DNA from: Deltaproteobacteria bacterium | GTDB taxonomy: Bacteria; SAR324; NAC60-12 | Length of the DNA: 64,000 nucleotides | Reading direction: 5' to 3' | NCBI GenBank assembly: GCA_038150265.1 | Contig: JAYOTF010000003.1 | Span: forward strand, 84,546-148,545 | Part shown: positions 51,896 through 60,606 of the stretch, piece after piece | Numbering within the stretch: the first letter of the stretch is position 1 | How the letters are laid out: the number at the start of each line of letters is the position of its first letter | Made by a program: the position numbers and the translations under genes | The notes under the pieces: model-generated | The model's database searches: none | What the model saw: only the letters and a program-made list of their open reading frames with translations | Told to the model about the DNA's origin: nothing

Positions 51896-52083
51896 CCGAG
51901 CAGCGACCGGTCTTGCCGGAAGACCCAGTAATCGACACTGCGGCAGCGGCCGACTTTTTGAGGAGAGCTGGGAATTTCCGGGGGCAGCACCTCAATCTCG
52001 CCGCCGCGCTGGAGAAACTCACGGATGTGTTCTTGAATCAGCAAATCACTGTTCTGCTGAACTTCCATGCTCGTACTCGTCAT
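51892..52083 (-). CDS. Small protein with a SutA-like FLxxGGxI motif
   Basis: GAGG RBS; IQEHIREFLQRGGEIEVLP. Confidence 0.65.
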   Translation of the reverse strand: MTSTSMEVQQNSDLLIQEHIREFLQRGGEIEVLPPEIPSSPQKVGRCRSVDYWVFRQDRSLLG

Positions 52084-52288
52084 AACCCCTCGCTGAAGTA
52101 TTAAGATCCGGGAACGGGTGAGGCTAGAGTCGCTCTGATACGTTTGCCTTCAATAACTGCTGCATGAGAAATTGGTTAAGGTGCCCTCCCAACGCCACGA
52201 ATTTTGCACGATCTCGTTTGAGGACATGATTCATCACCAGTGATATTCCGTTTTTTTGTGACTTTCAAGGTTCGTTTTAGCTTAAAGA

Positions 52289-52711
52289 ATGCCCGTTCTG
52301 ACTCCTGATGCCATCCGCTACCTGGTGGTGCACTGCTCCGCCACACCAGACGACCAACCCCTCACCGCCCAGGACATCCACGAAATGCACCTCGGTTTCG
52401 GGTGGGATGGCATCGGCTACCACCGCGTCATCCAGCGAGACGGCACGGTTGAGCCCGGGCGTCCGGACTACTGGGTCGGCGCCCACGTCAAGGGGCGCAA
52501 CACCGAAAGCCTCGGCGTCTGCCTCATTGGCACCGATACCTTCACTCCTGCTCAGTTTGACGCCCTGGAGCAGGTGCTCCGGACGTGGCAGGCCCGCTAC
52601 CCTGATGCCGAAATCCTTGGGCACCGGGACATGGGCAACACCGACAAGACCTGTCCGAACTTTGACGTCCGGCCCTGGTGGGCGTCTCGTAACAAAGGGA
52701 CTGGCAATTGA
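52289..52711 (+). CDS. N-acetylmuramoyl-L-alanine amidase, T7-lysozyme (Amidase_2) type
   Basis: VHCSAT, IGYH, GAHVKGRN, GHRD and KTCPNFDV; Zn ligands H/H/C intact. Confidence 0.9.
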   Translation: MPVLTPDAIRYLVVHCSATPDDQPLTAQDIHEMHLGFGWDGIGYHRVIQRDGTVEPGRPDYWVGAHVKGRNTESLGVCLIGTDTFTPAQFDALEQVLRTWQARYPDAEILGHRDMGNTDKTCPNFDVRPWWASRNKGTGN

Positions 52712-52802
52712 AAATTCTGCTGCTAGCATGGCACCCCTGTTTTCCGTGGGAGCATCCGGACTCCCTCCTGCAAACGCCTGTTCAGGAAACGTGTGCATGT
52801 CA

Positions 52803-53141
52803 ATGCCTTTACTGAAAATCAACCATGGCTACTACCTGCTGCTGGAAGATACCGGACGCTCGGTTTTAGGCCACTACATCCTCTTCCGAGATCCCCAGGA
52901 ACTACGAGAGCCAGAGCGTCGCGCGTGGGTGCTGCGGGCAGAAAATTCTGAAGACCGTCGCTTCCGGATCCGCCTGGCGGTCGTCGAGGCCATCTTTGGG
53001 CATCACTACCACCTCCACTCCGATCACACGGACCACCAGACCACCCTCTACCACTTCCTCCAGGCCGCCCCGGAAGCCCTCACCTCGCGCATTGAGGACT
53101 GGTGGATTCTGCACAATGAGACCCCCTCGCTCCTGTCCTGA
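52803..53141 (+). CDS. Hypothetical protein (~112 aa)
   Basis: MPLLKINHGYYLLLED... fills the gap between the amidase and the MTase-like gene with coding-like codon usage. Start uncertain (52797 or 52803). Confidence 0.6.
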   Translation: MPLLKINHGYYLLLEDTGRSVLGHYILFRDPQELREPERRAWVLRAENSEDRRFRIRLAVVEAIFGHHYHLHSDHTDHQTTLYHFLQAAPEALTSRIEDWWILHNETPSLLS

Positions 53142-53301
53142 TTGCTGGCCTCGCCTCCAGCGGCATTTTCTGGTACATATCGGTTTGACCGCTTGCGCCA
53201 TTTTCCCTAATCTCCAAGGAAGCGCCGTTACCTGATCTCCGCAATGCGGACCGGCGTCTTTCACCTCAACTCCCTAATCCCTGCTCTGAGGAACCCCTCT
53301 C

Positions 53302-55794
53302 ATGAATCCCTCGATCGGGAAGCAGCTCTTCAACTCCACACTGGTCCACCAGTCTGCGGTCCACTTGCTTCCCCAACCCCTTCAGGACGCTGCAGAAGAT
53401 GCCCTGGAACTGATTCCAGGTGCCGTCCACGACCAGATCACCGCCCTCCGGTTCAGTCATGATGCCCAAACGGTCACCGCTCTGAGCTACCCCACGTTTT
53501 GGGACGACCCCTTTCCGGAGCTGGCCGCCTCCTGGAAGGTTTCTCTGGAAACCGAAATCGTCAAGCACCGGACCTTTGTTCACTCTTTGAATCCGCCTAT
53601 TCTTTTTCAAAAGGAGCAGCTTCTGCCTCCGGATCATCCCAAGGTGTCCGCGTTGCAGAAGGTTTCCAAGGCCGCAGAAAAGCTGGGGCTGCTGGATCAG
53701 CCGCTGCAGCAGGGGTTCCGGCAAACGTGGCAACGCGCGTTGCGCACCGCCGGGTACCGCCTGGAAAAAGGAAAGTTTGTGGCCACAGATGCTCCGGCCC
53801 CCCAGGCGCTTCCCGACCCCGGTGCCTCGGAGTGGCCCCAGCTCTCGCCCCCCTTCCAGGCGCTTCTGCGCTTCGGATTTCTGGAAGGAGACTTCACCTG
53901 CTTTGACTATGGCTGTGGCGATGGGTCGGACCTGAAGGCCCTCCAGGAACTCGGGGTTGCCGCAGAAGGTTGGGACCCCTCGACAGCGCCTGACGCCTCT
54001 CTCAAGGAGGCCGACATCGTCAACCTCGGCTACGTCCTCAACACGATTGAGGATCACGAGGTCCGGACGGAGGCCCTGCAAACGGCTTACGCGCTGGCGC
54101 AGGAGCTGCTGGTCGTGTCGGTTTACCTCTTCAACCAGAATGTTTCGGGGGAGCCCTTCCGCGATGGATTGCTGCTGGAAGACCACACCTTTCAGAAGTA
54201 CTACACGCCTCAGTTGCTCAGTGACCTGATTGAGGAGCAGCTTGGAGAAGAGTCGGTGGCTGTGGCGCCCGGGGTGTTCTTTGTCTTCAAGGACAAGGGC
54301 CTTCAGCAGCGCTTCCTGCTGGAACGCAGCCGGGCCTTCACCTCTCTCAGCCGCCTCATTCACCAGTACACCCGCCGGCCGGGAGCCCTCAGTGCCACCA
54401 TTCCGGCGCAGCTGGTTCCGCTGCTGCAGGTGAGCTGGGAGCTCGGACGCGAGCCTCATCCTGAAGAGGCTCCGGAGCTGGTGGACCCGCTGACCGAAGC
54501 CTTTGGCTCCTTCCGCAAGGCCCTGAAGGCGCTGGAAGAGCATCAGCCGGCTGAGCTGTTTCATGCCGCTGAGGCCCTCCGTCGAGACGACCTGAAGGTG
54601 TACCTGGCGCTCGAGCTGTTCAAGAAACGCCGGCCCTACCATGAGCTGGATCCCGGGCTGCAGCGCGACATCAAGCACTTCTTCAAGAGCTACACGCAGG
54701 CGCAGCAGGATGCCAAGGACCTGCTCTTTCAGATTGGCGACAACGTCCTCCTCTCTGAAACCTGCGCTGAGGTAGAATCCCGCGGACTCGGGTGGATGGA
54801 TGACGACTCCCTCCAGCTGCACTCCAGCCTGGTGGAGCAGCTGCCGCCTCTGCTGCGGGTGTACGTGGGGTGTGCCAGCCACCTGGTGGGAGACGTCACC
54901 AGCGCCGACCTCGTCAAGATCCACATCCGGTCCGGAAAACTCAGCCTGATGCGCTTTGACGATTTCTTCGGGAACGCCCAGCCCAAGATGCTGGAGCGCG
55001 TCAAGGTGGACCTCCGGAAGCAAGAGGTGCAGCTCTTTGACTACTCCGCCCCCTACGAGCCGCCCTACCTCTACCTCAAGTCGCGCTTCATGAACGAGGA
55101 GATGCCAGAGTATGGCGAGCAGGTGGCCTTTGAGGAGCAGCTGGAGGCCCTGGAGCTGTTTGACTTCAGCGGCTACGGCCCGAATGTCTCCGTGTTTGAC
55201 CACCGCCTGAGTCAGGCCCGCTGGGAGCTGCAGGGACGCCAGCTCATCCGCGCCACCACCCTTCCGGACCTCAACGCCTTCTGCGGAGAAAACTTCCGCT
55301 ACCGCGACTTCCTCGAGTGTGGCCCCGCGCTGGAGCACGAGGGGGACAACGTTCCCATGCACCCAGACACCTACACGGCTCTCTATGACCTGGCGACCTC
55401 GCTGCTGGACCCGGTCATTGACTACTTTGGCGAGATCATCCTGACCTTCGGGTTCTGCTCAGCGGCACTGGCAAAGCAGCTTCCTGACGCTCAGCCCAAA
55501 ACCGACCAGCACATTGGGCATGAAAGCAACCGGGCCGGCAACCCGGTCTGTGCCCGAGGTGGCATCGCCGTGGACTTCCTTGTCGAAGACGAAGACATGC
55601 TGGAAGTCGCCCAGTGGATCGTGGAAGAGCGCCTGCCCTTCGACCGCCTGATCCTCTTTGCCTCCGACCGCCCCCTGCACCTGAGCGTGGGCCCCAGGCA
55701 GGCCCGGGAGGTCCAGGTCAGCGCCTCCGGAACCCTGCATTCCCTCTCGGCTGAAGCTCTGATGGAGCTGGACACCGTGCAGGCACCTTCCTGA
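53302..55794 (+). CDS. DNA phosphorothioation-associated putative methyltransferase (TIGR04096-like) fused to a C-terminal peptidase M15A-like domain
   Basis: SAM motif FDYGCGDG, VNLGYVLN, TFQKYY, DLVKIH..SGKLS and NPPIL. C-terminus has LDPVIDYFG, DQH, AVDF and LHLS. Confidence 0.8.
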   Translation: MNPSIGKQLFNSTLVHQSAVHLLPQPLQDAAEDALELIPGAVHDQITALRFSHDAQTVTALSYPTFWDDPFPELAASWKVSLETEIVKHRTFVHSLNPPILFQKEQLLPPDHPKVSALQKVSKAAEKLGLLDQPLQQGFRQTWQRALRTAGYRLEKGKFVATDAPAPQALPDPGASEWPQLSPPFQALLRFGFLEGDFTCFDYGCGDGSDLKALQELGVAAEGWDPSTAPDASLKEADIVNLGYVLNTIEDHEVRTEALQTAYALAQELLVVSVYLFNQNVSGEPFRDGLLLEDHTFQKYYTPQLLSDLIEEQLGEESVAVAPGVFFVFKDKGLQQRFLLERSRAFTSLSRLIHQYTRRPGALSATIPAQLVPLLQVSWELGREPHPEEAPELVDPLTEAFGSFRKALKALEEHQPAELFHAAEALRRDDLKVYLALELFKKRRPYHELDPGLQRDIKHFFKSYTQAQQDAKDLLFQIGDNVLLSETCAEVESRGLGWMDDDSLQLHSSLVEQLPPLLRVYVGCASHLVGDVTSADLVKIHIRSGKLSLMRFDDFFGNAQPKMLERVKVDLRKQEVQLFDYSAPYEPPYLYLKSRFMNEEMPEYGEQVAFEEQLEALELFDFSGYGPNVSVFDHRLSQARWELQGRQLIRATTLPDLNAFCGENFRYRDFLECGPALEHEGDNVPMHPDTYTALYDLATSLLDPVIDYFGEIILTFGFCSAALAKQLPDAQPKTDQHIGHESNRAGNPVCARGGIAVDFLVEDEDMLEVAQWIVEERLPFDRLILFASDRPLHLSVGPRQAREVQVSASGTLHSLSAEALMELDTVQAPS

Positions 55795-55907
55795 TATTCT
55801 TCTGCTTTCCGGAGCTGTTTGCGATACAAAGTGATACGGCTCCGGGCTTTTCCCCCGACCCTTCCCGGCTAGACTGTAGGGAAGCCTGATCCTCTTCGAA
55901 ACCGTGT

Positions 55908-56471
55908 ATGCCCGTTCGACTGTTCCTTCTGTGCGCCCTGCTCTTCAGCAGCTCAGCGCTGTCTGCCTCTCCGCTCTCCGAGGGCGAACCGCTTCCGGAG
56001 CTGCAGGTTTCAGCGCCGGGGGTGCTGGCTCTTCAGGAAGATGAATCCATCCACTACCTTCCCTGGGACAGCACCAGCACCGCCGGAAAGCCGACCCTCA
56101 TTTACCACCTCGCCGGCACCTCCTCGGCCTCCGACCTCAACCGTCGCTTCATTGACCGGCTGAAGCAGCTCGAGCTGCCCAAGGGCTCCTACTACTTTGT
56201 CACCATCGTCAACCTCGAAGACGCCCTCTGGGGCACTTCCGGACTGGTGCAGCGCTCGGTGGAGAAGCGTCAACGCCGCTACCAACAGAACATCTTTGTG
56301 CTGGATGAAACCAGCATTGTCCGCAACACCTGGGGCCTGGTCCCGGAAAGCTCGGCGGTGCTGCTGCTAGATGCATCGGGAACGCTGGTCCGGGTGAAGG
56401 ACGGCCCGTTGACCGCGGAAGAGGAGCAGGAGTTTGTGGAGCTGATCACCACGGCGGTCTCCGGGACATGA
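55908..56471 (+). CDS. YtfJ-family exported protein
   Basis: Signal peptide, HLAG, TIVNLEDALWGT and KDGPLT. Confidence 0.8.
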   Translation: MPVRLFLLCALLFSSSALSASPLSEGEPLPELQVSAPGVLALQEDESIHYLPWDSTSTAGKPTLIYHLAGTSSASDLNRRFIDRLKQLELPKGSYYFVTIVNLEDALWGTSGLVQRSVEKRQRRYQQNIFVLDETSIVRNTWGLVPESSAVLLLDASGTLVRVKDGPLTAEEEQEFVELITTAVSGT

Positions 56472-56797
56472 ACACCTCGTGGATCTACCTGCTGCTGGCC
56501 ATCACCTTTGAGGTGTCCGGCACCGTCTCCATGAAGCTCTCCGACGGATTCAGCCGCACCGGCCCCAGTGTGGCGATGGGGCTCTGCTACCTCATCAGCC
56601 TGAGCTTCCTGACCCTTGCCCTGAAGCGCATTGAGCTGGGCATGGCCTATGCCATCTGGTCTGGACTCGGCACCGCGATGGTGGCGCTCGTTGGGGTGTA
56701 CTGGTTTGAGGAACACCTCACCCCGGGCAAGCTGATCTCCATCACCCTGATCATTGCTGGTGTTGCCGGCCTCCACCTCTCCACCCCTTCTTCGTGA
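56468..56797 (+). CDS. SMR-family small multidrug efflux protein (EmrE/QacE-like)
   Basis: Four TM segments, membrane Glu in AITFEV, KLSDGF and AYAIWSGLG. Confidence 0.9.
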   Translation: MNTSWIYLLLAITFEVSGTVSMKLSDGFSRTGPSVAMGLCYLISLSFLTLALKRIELGMAYAIWSGLGTAMVALVGVYWFEEHLTPGKLISITLIIAGVAGLHLSTPSS

Positions 56798-56803
56798 CGT
56801 TTG

Positions 56804-57853
56804 ATGAAAGCGCTGCTTGCCCTGCTCTCCGGATTGCTCCTCTCTGGATGTGCCTATTCCGAATCAAAGCCCATGCCCAAGAAGCATCACCTTCCGGACG
56901 GAACCTTCCGGAACAACTACCTTGAGTCCATCGACAAGCCCTTCACGGACCTCATCAAGTGGCGCTGGAACGCCGAGCGCACGGACCCCATCTCGTTTCC
57001 GCTGGCTCAGAACGACCCGGCCTTCCTGAAGCAAAACCGCACGGAGCCCACGCTGACCTGGATCGGGCACGCCACCTTCCTCCTGCAGTATGACGGGCTC
57101 AACGTCCTCACCGACCCACACCTCACACGCCGCGCCTCGCCCGTCAGCTTCGCCGGTCCGGAGCGCTTCACGCCCCCCGGCCTGACCTTTGACGACCTGC
57201 CGGAGATCGACCTTGTGGTCATCTCGCACAACCACTACGATCACCTCGACAAGCTCACCGTCCAGACCCTCTATGAGCGGCAGCCCGACAACCCACCCCG
57301 GTTCATGGTTCCGCTCAAGCAAAAGGCCTGGTTTGACGACCTCGGCATCCCGAACGTTGTCGAGCTGGACTGGTACGACCGCCTCGAGTTTCAGGGGTGG
57401 ACCGTCCATGCGGTTCCGGTGCAACACTGGACCAGTCGCAGTCCCTGGGACCGCAACACGGTTCTCTGGGCAGGCTGGGTGCTGGAGCATCCGGACTTCC
57501 GGTTCTTCTTTGCCGGCGATACGGGTTACTCTCAGGATTTTGCCGACCTGGCCGAAGCGTTCCCGAGCTTTGACCTCGCCGCCCTTCCCATTGGGGCCTA
57601 TGACCCACGCTGGTTCATGAAGGCGGCCCACATCAACCCGGAAGAAGCCGTTCGCATTCACCAGGACATCCGGGCCCGCTACTCCGTCGGCATGCACTGG
57701 GGCACCTTTCAGCTGACCGATGAGCCGATGGACGAGCCCCCGGTGAAGCTCCGCACAGCCTTGAAGGAGGCCGGTCTGGAAGAAGATCGCTTTTTTGTCA
57801 TGCAACACGGCGAGACCAAAATGCTGGCGCCGCTCCTCACTCAACCCGAGTAA
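56804..57853 (+). CDS. MBL-fold metallohydrolase lipoprotein (NAPE-PLD/RomA-like)
   Basis: Lipobox LSGC, WIGHAT, SHNHYDHLD, GDTGY, PIGAY and HWGTF. Confidence 0.88.
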   Translation: MKALLALLSGLLLSGCAYSESKPMPKKHHLPDGTFRNNYLESIDKPFTDLIKWRWNAERTDPISFPLAQNDPAFLKQNRTEPTLTWIGHATFLLQYDGLNVLTDPHLTRRASPVSFAGPERFTPPGLTFDDLPEIDLVVISHNHYDHLDKLTVQTLYERQPDNPPRFMVPLKQKAWFDDLGIPNVVELDWYDRLEFQGWTVHAVPVQHWTSRSPWDRNTVLWAGWVLEHPDFRFFFAGDTGYSQDFADLAEAFPSFDLAALPIGAYDPRWFMKAAHINPEEAVRIHQDIRARYSVGMHWGTFQLTDEPMDEPPVKLRTALKEAGLEEDRFFVMQHGETKMLAPLLTQPE

Positions 57854-57856
57854 CTC

Positions 57857-58630
57857 ATGCCTACTGCCCTCATCACCGGAGCCTCCATGGGGCTCGGCGC
57901 CGAGTTTGCGCGCCTGGCGGCCCACAGCGGCTACGACCTCATCCTCACGGCCCGCAGTGCCGAACGCCTGCAGGCCCTTGCCGAGGAACTCCGGACCACC
58001 TTTTCCCGGCAAGTCTGGGTCTTCCCGCTCGACCTGAGTGCCCCCGGAGCCGCTCTGCAGCTTCATCGGCAGGTACACGACACCCAGCAGACGGTGCAGG
58101 TGCTGATCAACAACGCCGGGTTTGGCCTCAACGGGGAATTCCTCGACCATGCCCTGGAAGCGGAACGCCGCCTCCTGGAGCTGAACGTCGTGGCCCTCAC
58201 CGAGCTGTGCCACGCCTTTGGCCAGGAAATGAAGGCCCGGAATTCCGGATTCATCCTCAACGTGGCCTCCATTGCCGCGTTTCAAGCAGGCCCGTACCTC
58301 GCAAGCTACTACGCGTCCAAGGCGTATGTGCTTTCCTTTTCGGAAGCGCTGGCGCAGGAGCTGCGTCCGCATGGTGTCGTGGTTTCAGCACTGTGTCCGG
58401 GTCCCACCGAGACGGAGTTTTTCCACAATGCCGGCATGAAGGGCACCTCGCTTGCCCGGTCGCCGGTGCTCATGTCGGCCCAAGAGGTCGCGGAGATCGG
58501 CTGGAAGGGCCTGTGGCAGGGTCGACCGCTGGTCATTGCGGGGCTCATCAATCAGGTGCTGGCGTTCACCACTCGCCTCTCCCCCCGGCGGCTGACCACC
58601 TTCATCTCCAGTCGACTGAACCGTCCCTGA
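57857..58630 (+). CDS. Short-chain dehydrogenase/reductase
   Basis: TGASMGLG, NNAG and YYASK (YxxxK). Confidence 0.92.
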   Translation: MPTALITGASMGLGAEFARLAAHSGYDLILTARSAERLQALAEELRTTFSRQVWVFPLDLSAPGAALQLHRQVHDTQQTVQVLINNAGFGLNGEFLDHALEAERRLLELNVVALTELCHAFGQEMKARNSGFILNVASIAAFQAGPYLASYYASKAYVLSFSEALAQELRPHGVVVSALCPGPTETEFFHNAGMKGTSLARSPVLMSAQEVAEIGWKGLWQGRPLVIAGLINQVLAFTTRLSPRRLTTFISSRLNRP

Positions 58631-58660
58631 ATCCTCTTCACCCTCTCATCAGGAAGAAGC

Positions 58661-59380
58661 ATGGTTTTCTGGAAAGCCCTTGGCCTGCTGCTCTTCGGGG
58701 CGGCCACCACGCATGCATCCGAGATGCAGCCCGTTACATCCTTCCAAATCGACCGGACCGAGGTCAGCATTGGCGACTTCCGGAAGTTTGCCGATGCCAC
58801 CGGATTTGTGTCACGAGCCGAGCGGGAAGGCGGTGGGTTCGAGTATGGCGCCGGCTGGGAACGCCGGCCCGGGTGGACGTGGCAGCAGCCTTACGGCGTG
58901 CCCGCAGACGACCGTGAACCCGCTGTGCACCTGAGCTACGTGGAGGCTGCCGCCTACTGTCACTGGGCCGGCAAGCGCCTGCCAACGGCCGAGGAATGGG
59001 ATGAGGCCGCGTATGTGGAGCACCGCCCCCAGCCACCGGCTCCGTTTGTTTCGGGGAAGACGTACCCGTACCCGACCGGTGATTCTCCGGAAGGCGCCAA
59101 CTGCTTGCAGGGCTGCGGGCCCAGCCTTTCGGTTCAGCACGGCGTGCCGCTGATCCGGGGAACGGGGCATGCCCTCACGGGTTCCACTCGGAAGGGAGTC
59201 AACGGACTGCAGGAGATGGGAGCAAACGTGTGGGAGTGGATTGCTTCAGACGGGACGCAGGCGCCCACGCGAGGAGGGTCGTGGTGGTATGGCGCCCGAC
59301 CCATGCATCGCGAGCATCGGGCGACCAAACCAAAGTCTTTTTATGCCGTGTACATCGGCTTCCGGTGTGTGGCAGACTGA
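58661..59380 (+). CDS. Formylglycine-generating-enzyme (SUMF1/PvdO) family exported protein
   Basis: Signal peptide, RLPTAEEW, GANVWEW, RGGSW and GFRC. Confidence 0.85.
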   Translation: MVFWKALGLLLFGAATTHASEMQPVTSFQIDRTEVSIGDFRKFADATGFVSRAEREGGGFEYGAGWERRPGWTWQQPYGVPADDREPAVHLSYVEAAAYCHWAGKRLPTAEEWDEAAYVEHRPQPPAPFVSGKTYPYPTGDSPEGANCLQGCGPSLSVQHGVPLIRGTGHALTGSTRKGVNGLQEMGANVWEWIASDGTQAPTRGGSWWYGARPMHREHRATKPKSFYAVYIGFRCVAD

Positions 59381-59384
59381 GGGC

Positions 59385-59885
59385 TCAGTTGGCAAACTCC
59401 AGGGCCTCGGTCACTTCCTTGATGCCCGCACGGGCGCACATTTCGTCGGTGGCGCTGTCGGCTCCGGAGACCCCGATGCCGCCGTAGAAGTTGCCACCGA
59501 TGTCAATCGGCAGGCCGCCCTTGACCAAAATCACCTTCGGGGCACTCATGAGCCCGATCTCATCCACCATGTCGCCGGTCGGCGCCCGGAAGTTGGCAGA
59601 CGCGTAGGCCTTGCCCTGACTGACGTCAATCGTCATGGGAGAAGCCAGCGGGTGCCGCAGGAAGGCCGTCAGGTTGCCGTCTCGGTTGACCACTGCCACC
59701 GAAACCAGGTAGCCACGTCGGTCGCACTCGGCCAGCGCAGCCGCGGCCATCTGTCCAGCCAGCGAAGAGCTCAGGGCCTTCATCTCAAACGTCATGGGGC
59801 CCTCGTCTTGTGCCAACGCGGTGCCGGCACCCAGGAACAGGCTCACACCAAGCGCCAAGGAACTGATTCGTTTCATCATCTTCAT
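59385..59885 (-). CDS. GlcG/HbpS-family heme-binding exported protein
   Basis: Signal peptide; VSVAVVNRDG, KAY, GGLP and GGIGVSGA...D. Confidence 0.85.
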   Translation of the reverse strand: MKMMKRISSLALGVSLFLGAGTALAQDEGPMTFEMKALSSSLAGQMAAAALAECDRRGYLVSVAVVNRDGNLTAFLRHPLASPMTIDVSQGKAYASANFRAPTGDMVDEIGLMSAPKVILVKGGLPIDIGGNFYGGIGVSGADSATDEMCARAGIKEVTEALEFAN

Positions 59886-59969
59886 GATTTTTTCTGGGAA
59901 ATGGGGGGCAAAAACGCGGGAGTGCACTACCCTACTCAACTTTTTCCCCGGGGTAAAGGGGAAAGCGCT

Positions 59970-60587
59970 TCAAATCGATTCCAGCCAGTCGGTGGGACCC
60001 TTGCCCTCACGCAGCACCTGCGGCTCGCCTGACGTAAAATCGATGATGGAGGAGTTCTCCGCAAAGATGGTTCCCCCGTCAATCACCGCATCCACGACCT
60101 TCCCGAAGTGCTCATGGAGGTCTTCGGCATTGTCGTACAGCTCTTCATTGTTCACGCGCAGGCTGCTGCTCAGGATCGGGTGCCCCAGCCCCTCCACAAT
60201 GGAGAGCGCAATCGGGTGATCCGGCCAGCGGAGGCCAACGGTGCTCCGGGGGGTGAGCATCATCTTCGGAACCATCTTCGAGGCCTGCAGCACCAGCGTG
60301 TAGGGTCCGGGCAGGTGCCGGCGGATCAGGCGGAAGATGTCATTCGGAATGCCCTGGCTGTGCTCCTGAAGCTGGCTCTGGTTGCTGCAGATGAAGGTCA
60401 GGGGCTTCTTGGGGTCCATCTTCTTGATCTGCAACAGGCGCTTCATGGCCTTCTTGCTGTAGATGCTGCAGCCCAGGCCGTAAACGGTGTCAGTGGGATA
60501 GATGATCACCCCGTCATTTTCCAGAATGGAAACCACTTGGGACACCATCCGGGGTTGCGGGTTTTCATCATTGATGCGAATGAGCAT
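59970..60587 (-). CDS. Sua5/YciO/YrdC-family protein (threonylcarbamoyl-AMP synthase-like)
   Basis: YPTDTVYGLGC, LPGPYT, VGLR and LREGKG; YciO-like N-terminus. Confidence 0.88.
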   Translation of the reverse strand: MLIRINDENPQPRMVSQVVSILENDGVIIYPTDTVYGLGCSIYSKKAMKRLLQIKKMDPKKPLTFICSNQSQLQEHSQGIPNDIFRLIRRHLPGPYTLVLQASKMVPKMMLTPRSTVGLRWPDHPIALSIVEGLGHPILSSSLRVNNEELYDNAEDLHEHFGKVVDAVIDGGTIFAENSSIIDFTSGEPQVLREGKGPTDWLESI

Positions 60588-60606
60588 AGCGTTTATCAGA
60601 ACAGGG

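Noticed and set aside
52308..52796. 5' part of the 277-aa ORF overlapping the amidase
   Set aside because: Ser/Pro/Thr-rich off-frame shadow; only the part from about 52803 looks coding, and no frameshift signal was seen.
51892..53300. Prophage remnant
   Set aside because: No integrase, att repeats, structural genes or holin; codon usage and TCCGGA content look host-like.
53266..55362. 698-aa minus-strand ORF
   Set aside because: Antisense shadow of the MTase-like gene with no recognisable domain.
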